DNA from: an uncultured Candidatus Saccharibacteria bacterium
GTDB lineage: Bacteria; Patescibacteriota; Saccharimonadia; Saccharimonadales; AWTP1-31
Length of the DNA stretch: 64,000 nt
NCBI GenBank assembly: GCA_964629815.1
Contig: CAZVTA010000001.1
Location: 253,226 to 317,225 of the forward strand
Reading direction: 5' to 3'
Shown: positions 1 through 9,553 of the stretch, one piece after another
Numbering within the stretch: position 1 is the first letter of the stretch
Layout of the letters: each line of letters starts with the position of its first letter
Translations under genes and position numbers: made by a program
The notes under the pieces: model-generated
Databases searched by the model: none
What the model saw: the letters and a program-made list of their open reading frames with translations, nothing else
Told to the model about the DNA's origin: nothing

Positions 1-2315
1 GGAATATCCCGGGTAACAATTTCTGGGCCAAGCTTTGTTTCGCGTACTTCAGTCATGTAGTCAACAATATGCACGCTTGTCAGTGTGTCATCTTCAACGA
101 GTTTTCGAGACAGAATGATGGCATCTTCGAAGTTGTAACCATTCCACGGCATAAATGCTACCGTCAGGTTCTTTCCGAGCGCAAGCTCGCCATTGTCGAT
201 AGACATACCTTCAATAAGGATGTCGCCAGCCTTAACTTTGTCGCCGGTATTGACTACAACTTTTTGGTTGATGCTTGTACCTTCGTTACTGCGTACAAAG
301 TGCATTGGTTCGTAGGTTACCTTGCCTTCTTTGTATTGAACAACAACTTCGTCGGCTGTGGCTTTTACGACTTCACCAGCGGCTTCAGCCATGACAACCT
401 GACCAGAGTTACGAGCCACAGCTGCTTCCATGCCTGTTCCAACAATCGGGGCACTTGGCTTAATGAGCGGAACAGCTTGACGTTGCTGGTTACTACCCAT
501 AAGCGAGCGGTACACGTAGTTCTTTTCAATAAATGGAATCAGTGCTGCACTCGAGCCAATAATCTGCTTACGCGATGCATCAACATGCGTTACATCATTG
601 GCATCAACCTCACCAGACACCAGCTTGTTGCGAGCACTAATACGGTCACTGACGAAGTAACCGTTATCATCGGTTGCTTCACCGGCACTGGCAATTACTG
701 CTTGTTCTTCTGCAGAAGCATCAAGATAGACGATTTCGTTGGTTACTTTGGCTTTAACCGGCCACGACACTTGTTCTTTTACAGCAGCAAGCTTCTTGGC
801 AGCTGCCTCAGTAATTACTGCGCCTGATTTAACAATAACTTTACCTTTTTCGTCTTCGAGGTCTACAGCGGCAATATGGCCAGCAGCTTTATCTGCAGTT
901 ACGGCATTGACGACACGTAGGTATGGAGTCTCGATAAAACCGTATTCATTTACACGGGCGTAGCTCGCGAGGTTAAGTACAAGTCCGATGTTAGCACCTT
1001 CTGGTGTTTCTACGGTACAAATACGACCATAGTGAGTTGCATGTGCGTCACGCACCTCAAAACCGGCACGTTCTCGAGAAAGACCACCAGGACCCATTGA
1101 ACTCAGGCGTCGTTTATGCGCAAGCTCACTCAGTGGGTTAATTTGGTCCATAAACTGACTGAGCTGTGAACTTGCAAAGAATTCACGCACAGCGGCAACA
1201 ACCGGTCGAGCATTGATAAGCTGTGCAGGAGTTACTGTTTCAATTTCGCTCATGCTCATACGGTCTTTCGTATTTCGCTCCATGCGAAGAAGGCCAATGC
1301 GGAACTGACGTTGCACAAGCTCGCCAACGAGTTTTACGCGTCGGTTTGCCAGGCTATCGATGTCGTCTGCTGGTTCTTGTGTGTTATTGAGGCGGATGAT
1401 TTCAGCAATGATTGCAGTAAGGTCCTCAAGACGCATAACACGGTTTTCGGTTGTATTTGGTATGTCTAGGTTCAGGCGCTTGTTAATCTTGTAGCGACCA
1501 ACTCGGCTAAAGTCAAAGCGCTTGAAATTGTAGAACATGTTTTCAATAAGTCCACGTGCATTGTCTACAGTAGCCAAGTCGCCTGGACGTAAGCGTCGGT
1601 AAACTTCGATAAGGGCATCGTTGATACCTTTGGCAGGATCTTTTTCGAGTGTTTGCGTAACATGCGCTACTTTACCGGTGTCTACATGCGCGAATGTCTC
1701 CTTAATTTGGCTTTCACTCATACCCAGCGCACGAAGCAGTGTTGTTACAGGGATTTTTCGCTTGCGATCAATCTTTACATATATAGCACCATTACTTGCG
1801 GTTTCGAATTCGAGCCATGCACCACGGCCTGGAATCACCTTGGCGCCGTAGAGATTTTTTGAGCCACTGTTGTCTGCAGTAAAGAAAACGCCAGCTGAAC
1901 GAATAAGCTGGCTTACTACAACGCGTTCTGCGCCGTTAATCACAAAAGTACCACGTGAAGTCATCCACGGGTAATCACCGAGATAAATTTCTTGTTCTTT
2001 GACTTCGCCAGTAACCTTATTTATAAGTTCTACAGTTGCCTTAAGGGGTGCTTCGTAACTGATATTGTTTTCGCGCGCTTCAACTTCAGTCATCTTAGGG
2101 TCTTCAAAGCGATACCCTTTAAAGTTAAGTGTTAGTTTTGTGCCGGTATAATCATCAATAGGGCTGACTTCTGCAAGAAGTTCGCCAAGGCCCTCTTCTA
2201 CGAGCCATTTCCATGATACGTTTTGGTGATCTACGAGGTTTGGTAGATCAATAGTGTCTGTATTGTTGGTAAAAAAGGTACGTGTTAACGCACCTGACTT
2301 GGTCGTTTTTGCCAT
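1..2315 (-). CDS. rpoB: DNA-directed RNA polymerase beta subunit, N-terminal ~771 aa; the 3' end of the gene runs off the left edge
   Basis: Absent from the ORF track because the frame is open to position 1. My reverse translation from ATG 2315 reads MAKTTKSGALTR. Further in it reads VAAVREFFASSQLSQFMDQINPLSELAHKRRLSSMGPGGLSRERAGFEVRDAHATHYGR, the conserved RpoB rif-cluster region. GGAG lies at 2328-2331 (complement), 12 nt upstream. Confidence 0.95.
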   Translation of the reverse strand, partial: MAKTTKSGALTRTFFTNNTDTIDLPNLVDHQNVSWKWLVEEGLGELLAEVSPIDDYTGTKLTLNFKGYRFEDPKMTEVEARENNISYEAPLKATVELINKVTGEVKEQEIYLGDYPWMTSRGTFVINGAERVVVSQLIRSAGVFFTADNSGSKNLYGAKVIPGRGAWLEFETASNGAIYVKIDRKRKIPVTTLLRALGMSESQIKETFAHVDTGKVAHVTQTLEKDPAKGINDALIEVYRRLRPGDLATVDNARGLIENMFYNFKRFDFSRVGRYKINKRLNLDIPNTTENRVMRLEDLTAIIAEIIRLNNTQEPADDIDSLANRRVKLVGELVQRQFRIGLLRMERNTKDRMSMSEIETVTPAQLINARPVVAAVREFFASSQLSQFMDQINPLSELAHKRRLSSMGPGGLSRERAGFEVRDAHATHYGRICTVETPEGANIGLVLNLASYARVNEYGFIETPYLRVVNAVTADKAAGHIAAVDLEDEKGKVIVKSGAVITEAAAKKLAAVKEQVSWPVKAKVTNEIVYLDASAEEQAVIASAGEATDDNGYFVSDRISARNKLVSGEVDANDVTHVDASRKQIIGSSAALIPFIEKNYVYRSLMGSNQQRQAVPLIKPSAPIVGTGMEAAVARNSGQVVMAEAAGEVVKATADEVVVQYKEGKVTYEPMHFVRSNEGTSINQKVVVNTGDKVKAGDILIEGMSIDNGELALGKNLTVAFMPWNGYNFEDAIILSRKLVEDDTLTSVHIVDYMTEVRETKLGPEIVTRDI

Positions 2316-2487
2316 ACGCCTATATAACTCCGCTTACTGCTTAATAACTTGTTGTTTTTTATAGTTTTTCGCGCGAAGAACTCTAAGATGGTGCTTTTTG
2401 GCTGAGTTTTTGTTGCAACACAGCAGTGCCCGACTTACTCTACTTCTTGAGCTTAAGTTTGATGAATATTGATCAGATTGTCAAGTA

Positions 2488-3075
2488 CTATTTTAGGCTG
2501 GTGACAATTTTGTCGACGATGCCATACTTTTTGGCTTCTTCGGCAGTCATCCAGTAGTCTCGTTCCATATCTTCTTGAATGCGTTTAACTGTTTGGCCGG
2601 TATTCTTGGCCATAATCTCGTTCAGGCGGCGTTTGATACGTAACGACTCTTTGAGATCAATCTCCATATCGGTAACCTTACCCCTGGTACCGCTGCTTGG
2701 TTGGTGAACCATGACGGTAGCATTCGGTAGCGCAATTCGCTTACCCTTTGTGCCAGAGCTCAGTAAAAACGCGGCAGCCGAAGCTTGGATGCCTATACCT
2801 ACCGTCTGAATATCATTACTTACATACTGCATGGTGTCATAGATAGCGAGCGCATCGTAGACACTTCCACCCGGGCTGTTTATATAAAAGAATATGTCTT
2901 TTTTTGGATCTTCTGCATGCAAAAAGAGCAGCTGGGCAACAATGAGGTTTGCCGTGTGTTCTGTAACTGCATCGCCCAAGAAGATAATGCGGTCTTTTAA
3001 GAGGCGACTATAGATGTCAAATGCGCGCTCTATGCGGCCCTCTGTTTCGATAACGGTTGGAATAACTGTACTCAT
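2488..3075 (-). CDS. clpP: ATP-dependent Clp protease proteolytic subunit
   Basis: Translation [22 protein letters not shown]...INSPGGSV. Triad context is retained: Ser in [11 protein letters not shown], His in MVHQP, Asp in ERDYW. The ORF runs to a TTG at 3111, but ATG 3075 (MSTVIPTV) matches the family N-terminus and has TACACT 7 nt upstream. Confidence 0.93.
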   Translation of the reverse strand: MSTVIPTVIETEGRIERAFDIYSRLLKDRIIFLGDAVTEHTANLIVAQLLFLHAEDPKKDIFFYINSPGGSVYDALAIYDTMQYVSNDIQTVGIGIQASAAAFLLSSGTKGKRIALPNATVMVHQPSSGTRGKVTDMEIDLKESLRIKRRLNEIMAKNTGQTVKRIQEDMERDYWMTAEEAKKYGIVDKIVTSLK

Positions 3076-3120
3076 ACCAATCAGTGTAACGACAAAATTG
3101 GCACTCGTCAAGCCAGAGTG

Positions 3121-3456
3121 CTAGCTACTTGGTTGAAGATGTCTGTTGTATGAAAGTTCGACAATTTTTGCTTTGTTTGCGTCAAAACGTGGGTCAACAA
3201 CAGCCCCACCCGCAACATCCGCAACGAACCGAATAGTAGCTTCTGCAGCTAGTTTTCCAATTTTGTCGTGGGTGATACCTTGTTCATGATGAATAAGGAG
3301 TGCTTCTCTAGTGGCCTTAAGCAATGCAACTTCATCGGGCAATAAGTCGCCTTCAAAGGGCTCACGTAGTTTGGCCTCTATAGCGGCTACTGACATATCC
3401 ATGTCGAGCCAATTCTCGAGTATCATTCCACCCTCTGGGTCTCTACTGGGTCTCAT
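3121..3456 (-). CDS. hypothetical 111-aa acidic/helical protein encoded between tig and clpP
   Basis: ORF with AAGGA 8 nt upstream of ATG 3456, overlapping the tig stop. It is tightly packed: 11 nt after tig and 9 nt before the clpP ORF. No recognisable motif. Confidence 0.6.
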   Translation of the reverse strand: MRPSRDPEGGMILENWLDMDMSVAAIEAKLREPFEGDLLPDEVALLKATREALLIHHEQGITHDKIGKLAAEATIRFVADVAGGAVVDPRFDANKAKIVELSYNRHLQPSS

Positions 3457-3467
3457 TTGTTCTGTCC

Positions 3468-4751
3468 TTATTTTGTAGCGTAGGCTACGAGTTTTTCAAT
3501 AATCTTTTCTGTGCGGATTCGAGCCGCAATGTCTTGGCGAGCTTCTGGTTTGTTGAGTTCTGCCTGCATACTTGGGTCTTGGTATTGGCCCTTAAGGAGT
3601 TGCATGCGGATTTCGAGCTCTTCAGGTGTAACCTCGACTTTTTCTTTGTCGCCAATCGCGCCAAGCATAACACCTATTTTTACTTGTCGCTCTGCTTCTG
3701 GTTGGTTGCGCTTTCGATGTTCTTCTTCGGTAACGCCTTCTTCTTTAAGATGATCTTCCCAGGTGGTTCCACGATACATAAGGTTTTGGCGCTCATCTTG
3801 TTCGATGCGCATAACTTGCTCGGTGATGATTGACTCTGGAATTGCTACTTCTGTTTTAGCTGCAATCTTATCGAGGAGTTTTTCTTGGAGTGTATTGTCA
3901 AGGTTTCGTTGTTTTTCTGCAGTAAGCTGAGTTTTAATGTCTGCTTTGAGTGATGCCAGATCTTTGAACGGGCCAGCCTTGGCTGCGAATGCATCGTCGA
4001 GCTTTGGCAACACCACTTCCTGGACTTTTGTTACGGTACAGGTGAAGGTGATTTTCTTGTTTTGGAGGGCACTGACACCGTAATCTTTAGGAAACGTTAG
4101 GGTAAAGGTTTTCTCTTCGCCCGCTTTGAGGCCTATTAGGTTTTCTTCGAAACCTGGGATAAAGGTTTTAGAGCCGAGTGCTAGGGGGTAATCTTTACCG
4201 TCGGCACCTTGTACAGGCTCACCCTTGCTATCTACACCCTTAAAATCAATCCAAACCTGGTCGCCGTCTTTAGCGGCTCGGTCGACATCGTTCTTTTCGG
4301 CTACTTGTTTTTGAAGATTAGTAAGTACTTCTTTTACTTCGTCGGCCGTAACGGCTGCTTTTTCTTTGGTAACCTTCATTTTGGTGTAATCTGGCAGTCT
4401 TACCTCACCAAGTACGTCAACAGTTATTTCGCACTCAAAGGTAGTAAACGGTACGAATTTTTTTAGGTTTACTTGAGGTTGGCCAGCTACACGCAAGTTT
4501 TCTTTGCGAACAACTTGCATATATGCATGGTTCAGCACTGTATCGATAAACTCAGACTGCAACATCTGTGGGTCAAGATGTTTTTCTACGAGGTTAAGAG
4601 GCGCTTTGCCTGCACGAAAACCAGCAATTTTGAGCGATGGAGAATTGAGCGATTGCACCACAGATTGCTTAATATCAGATAGAGTTTTGTCATCAGCCAC
4701 GACCGAAATCGTAACGTTGGTCTTTGAATTGTGGGTTAGTTTCATTTGCAT
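3468..4751 (-). CDS. tig: trigger factor
   Basis: 427 aa. Ribosome-binding signature GFRAGKAP near the N-terminus, central FKBP-like region, and typical length and order next to clpP. Confidence 0.92.
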   Translation of the reverse strand: MQMKLTHNSKTNVTISVVADDKTLSDIKQSVVQSLNSPSLKIAGFRAGKAPLNLVEKHLDPQMLQSEFIDTVLNHAYMQVVRKENLRVAGQPQVNLKKFVPFTTFECEITVDVLGEVRLPDYTKMKVTKEKAAVTADEVKEVLTNLQKQVAEKNDVDRAAKDGDQVWIDFKGVDSKGEPVQGADGKDYPLALGSKTFIPGFEENLIGLKAGEEKTFTLTFPKDYGVSALQNKKITFTCTVTKVQEVVLPKLDDAFAAKAGPFKDLASLKADIKTQLTAEKQRNLDNTLQEKLLDKIAAKTEVAIPESIITEQVMRIEQDERQNLMYRGTTWEDHLKEEGVTEEEHRKRNQPEAERQVKIGVMLGAIGDKEKVEVTPEELEIRMQLLKGQYQDPSMQAELNKPEARQDIAARIRTEKIIEKLVAYATK

Positions 4752-4797
4752 AGAACGCTAGTATACACCGGTACTGTCTTTTTTACCAGAGGTGGCA

Positions 4798-6117
4798 TTA
4801 CTTTTTATTACGATAGTCGAGTAGTGCACTTGCTATACGACCTATCGAGAGTTCTTTTTCTTCGCCCGAAACAATATTTTTGAGCTTAAACTGACCAGAT
4901 GCTAGTTCGTTTTCACCAACGAACATTACCGAACGAACATGCAATTTTTCGGCATTTTTAATAAGCGCGCCTACTTTGCGCCCAGAGATATCGGTATAGA
5001 CATTTATGCCCTCTTCTCGAAGCTCTTGGAGGATCTTCTGCGACTCTTTGGTTTTATAGGTATTTTCGCCGATAAACCCAACAAACAAATCTATGCTCGA
5101 GGTTGCTGCAGGCAGAAGCCCGTGCGATTCTAAAAAGTTAGCAAGCGTAACATCGCCAAGACCAAACCCAACCGTTGGCACAGACTCAACTCCAAATAGC
5201 CCTACAAGCCCGTCATAACGACCGCCACCAAACATTGACCGGTTGTTTTCTGGGTCAGTGTCGAACATTTCAAACACAATATCGGTGTAGTAGTCGAAGC
5301 CACGCATAATAGTAATATCGAACTGTGCATTAAAGACACCACTCGAAGCAAGCAAATCTAGTAAGTCACGTATATCTTGAACCGACGCATGTGCCTGCAG
5401 TTTTTCGGGCAATTCGTCTACTGACTCACACTTGAGTATCTGAATGAGTTGTTCGCCCATGCCAGCTTCACGCTGGGAAGGAGTCATAATTGCATCTACG
5501 TCGGCGACAAACTCAGCCACAGGCATTTTGTGCATTCGGTCTATGAGTTTTGCGATTGTTTGAACTTGCACCGTGTCGAGTCCGAGATAATCTGATAGTA
5601 GTGTATCCATGAGCTTACGGCTGTTAATTCGAATTTGATACATGCTTGGTTTTGCTCCAAATTCGCGCAGCATTGCTTCTGCCAGAACAATAAGCTCGTG
5701 CTCTGCCTCGATGCCAGCAATGCCAAAGACATCTACATTGAGCTGCCAGTGCTCGCGTAGCCTGCCGCGCTGTGGCCGTTCGTATCGCCATAAATTAGGA
5801 ATGCTGTACCAGCGCACAGGATACACCAGCTCTTGACGTTTGGCCGCAACCATACGACTCACAGATGGGGTCATTTCTGGGCGGATAGCCACCGCTCGAC
5901 CTCCGCGATCAGTAAACGCATAGGTTTGTTCGTTTACAATCTCTTGGCCCGATTTCGCTTTGTATAGTTCAAGCGATTCTAGTATGGGGGCGTCATACTC
6001 TGCATAGCCGTAGCGTTCTGCAACACGTCGCATAACGTCGAACATGTAATTCTGTAGACGCTTTTGTTCGGGGTAAAAATCTCGGGTGCCTTTGTACGGT
6101 TGGGTAGATAATGACAT
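4798..6117 (-). CDS. hisS: histidine--tRNA ligase
   Basis: 439 aa. KGTRDFYP, AIRPEMTPS and MRGFDYYTDIVFE class II HisRS motifs, plus a C-terminal anticodon-binding region. Confidence 0.95.
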   Translation of the reverse strand: MSLSTQPYKGTRDFYPEQKRLQNYMFDVMRRVAERYGYAEYDAPILESLELYKAKSGQEIVNEQTYAFTDRGGRAVAIRPEMTPSVSRMVAAKRQELVYPVRWYSIPNLWRYERPQRGRLREHWQLNVDVFGIAGIEAEHELIVLAEAMLREFGAKPSMYQIRINSRKLMDTLLSDYLGLDTVQVQTIAKLIDRMHKMPVAEFVADVDAIMTPSQREAGMGEQLIQILKCESVDELPEKLQAHASVQDIRDLLDLLASSGVFNAQFDITIMRGFDYYTDIVFEMFDTDPENNRSMFGGGRYDGLVGLFGVESVPTVGFGLGDVTLANFLESHGLLPAATSSIDLFVGFIGENTYKTKESQKILQELREEGINVYTDISGRKVGALIKNAEKLHVRSVMFVGENELASGQFKLKNIVSGEEKELSIGRIASALLDYRNKK

Positions 6118-6202
6118 AACAGTGACCTATTATAGCGTAAAGTTGTTGTAATGTATGTGTTTCTGTTTGATAATACCTTACATAAATTAGGAGAAGTTCA
6201 AA

Positions 6203-6874
6203 ATGGCAAAAAACGAACAGCTAACCAGTGCTATTGATCTATTTGGCAAAAGTACCGATGCTATTAAGCGGTATCTAAAGTACTTTGCCGGTTTGTGGGC
6301 ATTACCGTTTCTTTATACTGTTGTAACGTCATTCGACAAAACTGCAGAAACGCTTAATGACACTGGCGATGTAAGTAACCTAGGCGCTAAGCTTATTTTG
6401 ATTCTAGTCGGAGTAGCGGTGTTTATTGTTGCTGCGGTGCTGATTCAGTCTGCAACCGTTGCACTCGAGCTCGAAGCCGCACAGAACAGCAAAATAACCT
6501 GGAAGTACCTATGGGAACAAACCAAACACTATGCTCTTCGTTTGCTCGGGCTTGGTGTTGTAACTGGGTTTATTGTGTTTGTGGGGCTCATTTTGTTCAT
6601 TGTGCCAGGTGTAATCTTTTTACGACGTTATATACTTGCCCCTTATGCCATGCTCGATAAAGATTTAAATATCTCTGAAGCTATGCAACGCAGTGCAGCG
6701 CTTACAAAACCATACAGTACTTCTATATACAGCGTACTGGTCGTGAGTGGACTGCTTGGTATTGTTCCGTCCTTCTTCGGTGCCATTGGCGCTATTGTTA
6801 GCTTTATTTTGGCATCGTTGTACTCTGTAGCTTTTGCAATTCGCTACGAAGAGCTCAAAAAACTTGCTAAGTAA
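6203..6874 (+). CDS. polytopic membrane protein, unknown function
   Basis: 223 aa with 4-5 hydrophobic segments. AGGAG lies 9 nt upstream of the ATG. No catalytic motif recognised. Confidence 0.7.
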   Translation: MAKNEQLTSAIDLFGKSTDAIKRYLKYFAGLWALPFLYTVVTSFDKTAETLNDTGDVSNLGAKLILILVGVAVFIVAAVLIQSATVALELEAAQNSKITWKYLWEQTKHYALRLLGLGVVTGFIVFVGLILFIVPGVIFLRRYILAPYAMLDKDLNISEAMQRSAALTKPYSTSIYSVLVVSGLLGIVPSFFGAIGAIVSFILASLYSVAFAIRYEELKKLAK

Positions 6875-6882
6875 TAGCGGCC

Positions 6883-7182
6883 ATGTTCACGTTTATTAAT
6901 TTGCTGATGTGGCTTGTTCTGGTAAGCATACTCTTGTTGGGAGTGTACCTTTACCCTGTGTACTTAAAACGTAAAAAGCCATTTTCTCAGTTGGGCGACG
7001 ACATGCGTTTTGCATACTTTTCCGTTATAGCCACAAGCGCACTAATCAGCATTACATTTAGATACGCTGCAAAATTGATGGGCACAAGTGAGCTCGTTAC
7101 TACTCAAATTAGCATGCTGTCATTCGTTTTATCCATAGTCTTACTGCTCTGGATCCCAAACAATTTTTCAAAAAAGAAATAA
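6883..7182 (+). CDS. small membrane protein (3 predicted TM segments)
   Basis: 99 aa, hydrophobic, with a Lys-rich C-terminus. Starts 8 nt after the upstream membrane gene. Confidence 0.5.
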   Translation: MFTFINLLMWLVLVSILLLGVYLYPVYLKRKKPFSQLGDDMRFAYFSVIATSALISITFRYAAKLMGTSELVTTQISMLSFVLSIVLLLWIPNNFSKKK

Positions 7183-7269
7183 AAAATATGTACGGTAACT
7201 TCAGTCTAGTCAAGCTGTTTGGTGTAGCGATTGCTTTATTTATAAAAATATCGTACAATATTGTTTAAT

Positions 7270-7950
7270 ATGTTTTCTGGTGTGCCTGGTTCTAAAATTT
7301 CGCTAGAACAAAATGGCGATACATTCCCACTCTACCCTGATAACAGAGACGGATTAACCGGAGTAGCTACTGGTTTAGTTGTCGGTGCAAGCATAGTTGT
7401 ACCGGCGTTTATCGATGCAATGCAAAATTTTGACGACTCTAGCAAGTTGCGAGAGAGCGCACAAGCGTTACACAGCAAGCTAGATCTTGTTAAAGATATG
7501 CAAGAATCTGTAGATAACCCCATATCAGATTTGTGCTTGGATGTTCTTCGGAGCGAACCATGCCCCATACCGGGCGATATTGACACGGGTTTGCGCAACC
7601 AAGAGTTATACCTGCAATACGACCAAATGAAAGAAGATCCTGATATCGCAAACGTTGTGTTTGTCGCACGCGAAGGTAGTGTTACGGCTATTCGCGACCA
7701 TCTTTCCCGGGCTAGTGCAAAAGTAACTGAGCAAATCAATTCAAACATCTCAGCTCAGAATGAGCTTGAGACTCCAGCATTTATTGATATTACGCTTATA
7801 TTCGGGGGTGTATGTGTCGCAATTATTACCGGTGCTGGATCAACGGTACTTAGTCATAGAATTCGTGCTTGGCGAAATGAACGCAAAGCTCATAGAGACG
7901 TGGATAAAGAGTTAGAAGATATGCTTAACGCATCATCAATGGACGAGTAA
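7270..7950 (+). CDS. hypothetical protein with two hydrophobic segments and an acidic C-terminal tail
   Basis: The ORF track starts at TTG 7261. ATG 7270 is preferred because TTGCTT-N17-TACAAT (7231-7259) sits just upstream. No family recognised. Confidence 0.55.
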   Translation: MFSGVPGSKISLEQNGDTFPLYPDNRDGLTGVATGLVVGASIVVPAFIDAMQNFDDSSKLRESAQALHSKLDLVKDMQESVDNPISDLCLDVLRSEPCPIPGDIDTGLRNQELYLQYDQMKEDPDIANVVFVAREGSVTAIRDHLSRASAKVTEQINSNISAQNELETPAFIDITLIFGGVCVAIITGAGSTVLSHRIRAWRNERKAHRDVDKELEDMLNASSMDE

Positions 7951-8027
7951 AAGCCGTTCGAGAACCACTCATCACTACTTAACTTTTAATTTATCTATAT
8001 CTGTCTGGTGCAGGCTCTGCTTGAAGT

Positions 8028-8053
8028 AAAAAAACCGCGATTGTCTCACGGTT
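8028..8053 (-). terminator. intrinsic terminator downstream of tRNA-Leu
   Basis: The minus-strand RNA reads AACCGUG-AGACAAU-CGCGGUU followed by a U run. That is a 7-bp stem including one G-U pair, a 7-nt loop, and 5-7 U. Confidence 0.6.
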
Positions 8054-8066
8054 CATTATAGCTGTT

Positions 8067-8151
8067 TGGTGCGGATGAAAGGACTTGAACCTTCACGCCT
8101 TGCGGCACTAGCTCCTAAGGCTAGCGTGTCTACCAATTCCACCACATCCGC
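8067..8151 (-). tRNA. tRNA-Leu (anticodon UAG), class II long variable arm, CCA encoded
   Basis: The reverse complement is GCGGATGTGGTGGAATTGGTAGACACGCTAGCCTTAGGAGCTAGTGCCGCAAGGCGTGAAGGTTCAAGTCCTTTCATCCGCACCA. Acceptor stem is GCGGATG/CATCCGC. Anticodon stem is CTAGC/GCTAG with loop CTTAGGA. T-loop is TTCAAGT. Confidence 0.92.
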
Positions 8152-8165
8152 GTATAGAGGCTATT

Positions 8166-8702
8166 TTACGATAAACGACGATAAAATACCAGCCGTGCAC
8201 CTGCAAATGTTTTATTTTTGACTTCTTGAAAATCAGCAAGATCTAATGTTGGCATGTCTGCAGGTATGCAAACAACTACAATGCCGTGGCTAACACAGTG
8301 CCGCGAGGCAATCTTGTTGAGGGTCGCTTCTGATACTTGGTCATGTGGTGGGTCGAGCAAAACTATATCGAACTGAAGCAGCTGATTATTGTCGGACCAA
8401 GAACTAACGTTGGCACGCACTGCTTTACAGGTATTTTGCAAACCTAATGATTGAATATTGGCCACTATTGTTTCGTATGCGTGCTTATCGACATCTATAC
8501 AGTACGCTGAAGCGGCACCTCGGCTAACAGCCTCGAACGCGAGCGCTCCGCTACCGCCGTACGCATCGAGCACCGACAAGCTAGTTATATCACCAAGCGT
8601 ATTGAAGAGTGCTGTTTTAACCCGATCTCCCATCGGGTGAGTACGATGCCCTTTTGGTGGCTGAAAGATTCGCCCGCTAAAAAGTCCTGCATTAATTCTC
8701 AT
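8166..8702 (-). CDS. rsmD: 16S rRNA (guanine966-N2)-methyltransferase RsmD family
   Basis: 178 aa. PTxDRVKxALFN-like RTHPMGDRVKTALFNTLG, SAM-binding LDAYGGSGALAFEAVSRGA, and the DPPH (DPPY-type) motif. Confidence 0.85.
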   Translation of the reverse strand: MRINAGLFSGRIFQPPKGHRTHPMGDRVKTALFNTLGDITSLSVLDAYGGSGALAFEAVSRGAASAYCIDVDKHAYETIVANIQSLGLQNTCKAVRANVSSWSDNNQLLQFDIVLLDPPHDQVSEATLNKIASRHCVSHGIVVVCIPADMPTLDLADFQEVKNKTFAGARLVFYRRLS

Positions 8703-9525
8703 GATTGGATTGTATTGGTTGAATCTTGGCTTCGATCAGTGCACCATACCATGCCAGGGTAACCATGTTAATGATGGTAGGGGCCAGTTTTTCGCGTACG
8801 TCGTAGGCGAGCTTTGTAGTCCAGCCTTTTTTATAGTAGCGGTCGTACATGTCTAAAATGGCAACTTCGCGAGCTGCTTTAATGAACGCCTGTGCAATTC
8901 CATCGTCTAGAAACTGCTGAATGCGGGCTGGTGTAGGTACGCAGTCGCCAAATGTCATTGGTTTGATGATAGAGGCAATACCGAATTCGAACATGCCATG
9001 GGTACTAATAAGCCCTTTGGGCCCCCACATTTTCCAGTTGTTTTTTACGAGTTCGCGTTTGGTTTCGCCCGGAATAATGATCTTATCTTTTATGGTAGTG
9101 CGAGTTTCGATACCTTCACCGCGTAGTTCACTCAACTTTTCTTCGTAGGGGTAATGGTGTGCTGGAGTCAAACCATCAACAATAGCATGCGCCAGCCACG
9201 CTGCTTCGAATGCGACTTTTTCGTGGTTTTGCTTCTTTAGTTCGACAACCAGTTGCTTGTAATGGTTCGTGATTAGCTCTACAAGCTGTGAATCGTCATC
9301 GTCGAACGGGCTGTAATAATGCCATGGTTCGTCGACTGCGGGGCTCTTACGCTTAATACCATCGGGTCCGTTTTTGCCTTCGAAGTGTAATATGCGGCCA
9401 ATTTTTGGAAATAACGTATCGTTATCGATGAGCTTAGTAAGGTGGCGACGCGCAACACGGTCAATTTTTTGGTGTGCGCCCATAATGCGCCCCGAAGCTT
9501 TCGTAAGTGTGGTTCCAGAATACAT
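8692..9525 (-). CDS. hypothetical protein, possible zinc-dependent phospholipase C / P1-nuclease-fold protein
   Basis: 277 aa. WLAHAIVDGLTPAHHY resembles the H..D...P.H metal-binding motif of Zn-dependent PLC-fold proteins. No signal peptide is visible. The function call is weak. Confidence 0.55.
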   Translation of the reverse strand: MYSGTTLTKASGRIMGAHQKIDRVARRHLTKLIDNDTLFPKIGRILHFEGKNGPDGIKRKSPAVDEPWHYYSPFDDDDSQLVELITNHYKQLVVELKKQNHEKVAFEAAWLAHAIVDGLTPAHHYPYEEKLSELRGEGIETRTTIKDKIIIPGETKRELVKNNWKMWGPKGLISTHGMFEFGIASIIKPMTFGDCVPTPARIQQFLDDGIAQAFIKAAREVAILDMYDRYYKKGWTTKLAYDVREKLAPTIINMVTLAWYGALIEAKIQPIQSNHEN

Positions 9526-9553
9526 ATTTTGTTTTGCCTTTCGCTCAGCCTAC

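Noticed and set aside
69-827. 252-aa plus-strand ORF, together with 739-963, 1621-1851 and 1653-1862, at the left edge
   Set aside because: All lie antisense to the unmistakable rpoB reading frame (minus strand, 1-2315). Their translations are low-complexity with no motifs. rpoB is missing from the track only because it is open-ended.
2316-2487. The 172-bp rpoB upstream spacer as a riboswitch or small RNA
   Set aside because: I could find only 3-4-bp palindromes (TGTTGCAACA, TTCGCGCGAA) that are too short to fold. There is no terminator and no conserved-looking structure, so this is probably just a promoter and leader.
8067-8151. tRNA-Leu as an integration hotspot for a genomic island
   Set aside because: No integrase was seen, and no direct repeat of the tRNA 3' end was found by eye in the flanking 2 kb. 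Neighbouring genes on the other side (rsmD, recG) are core genes.
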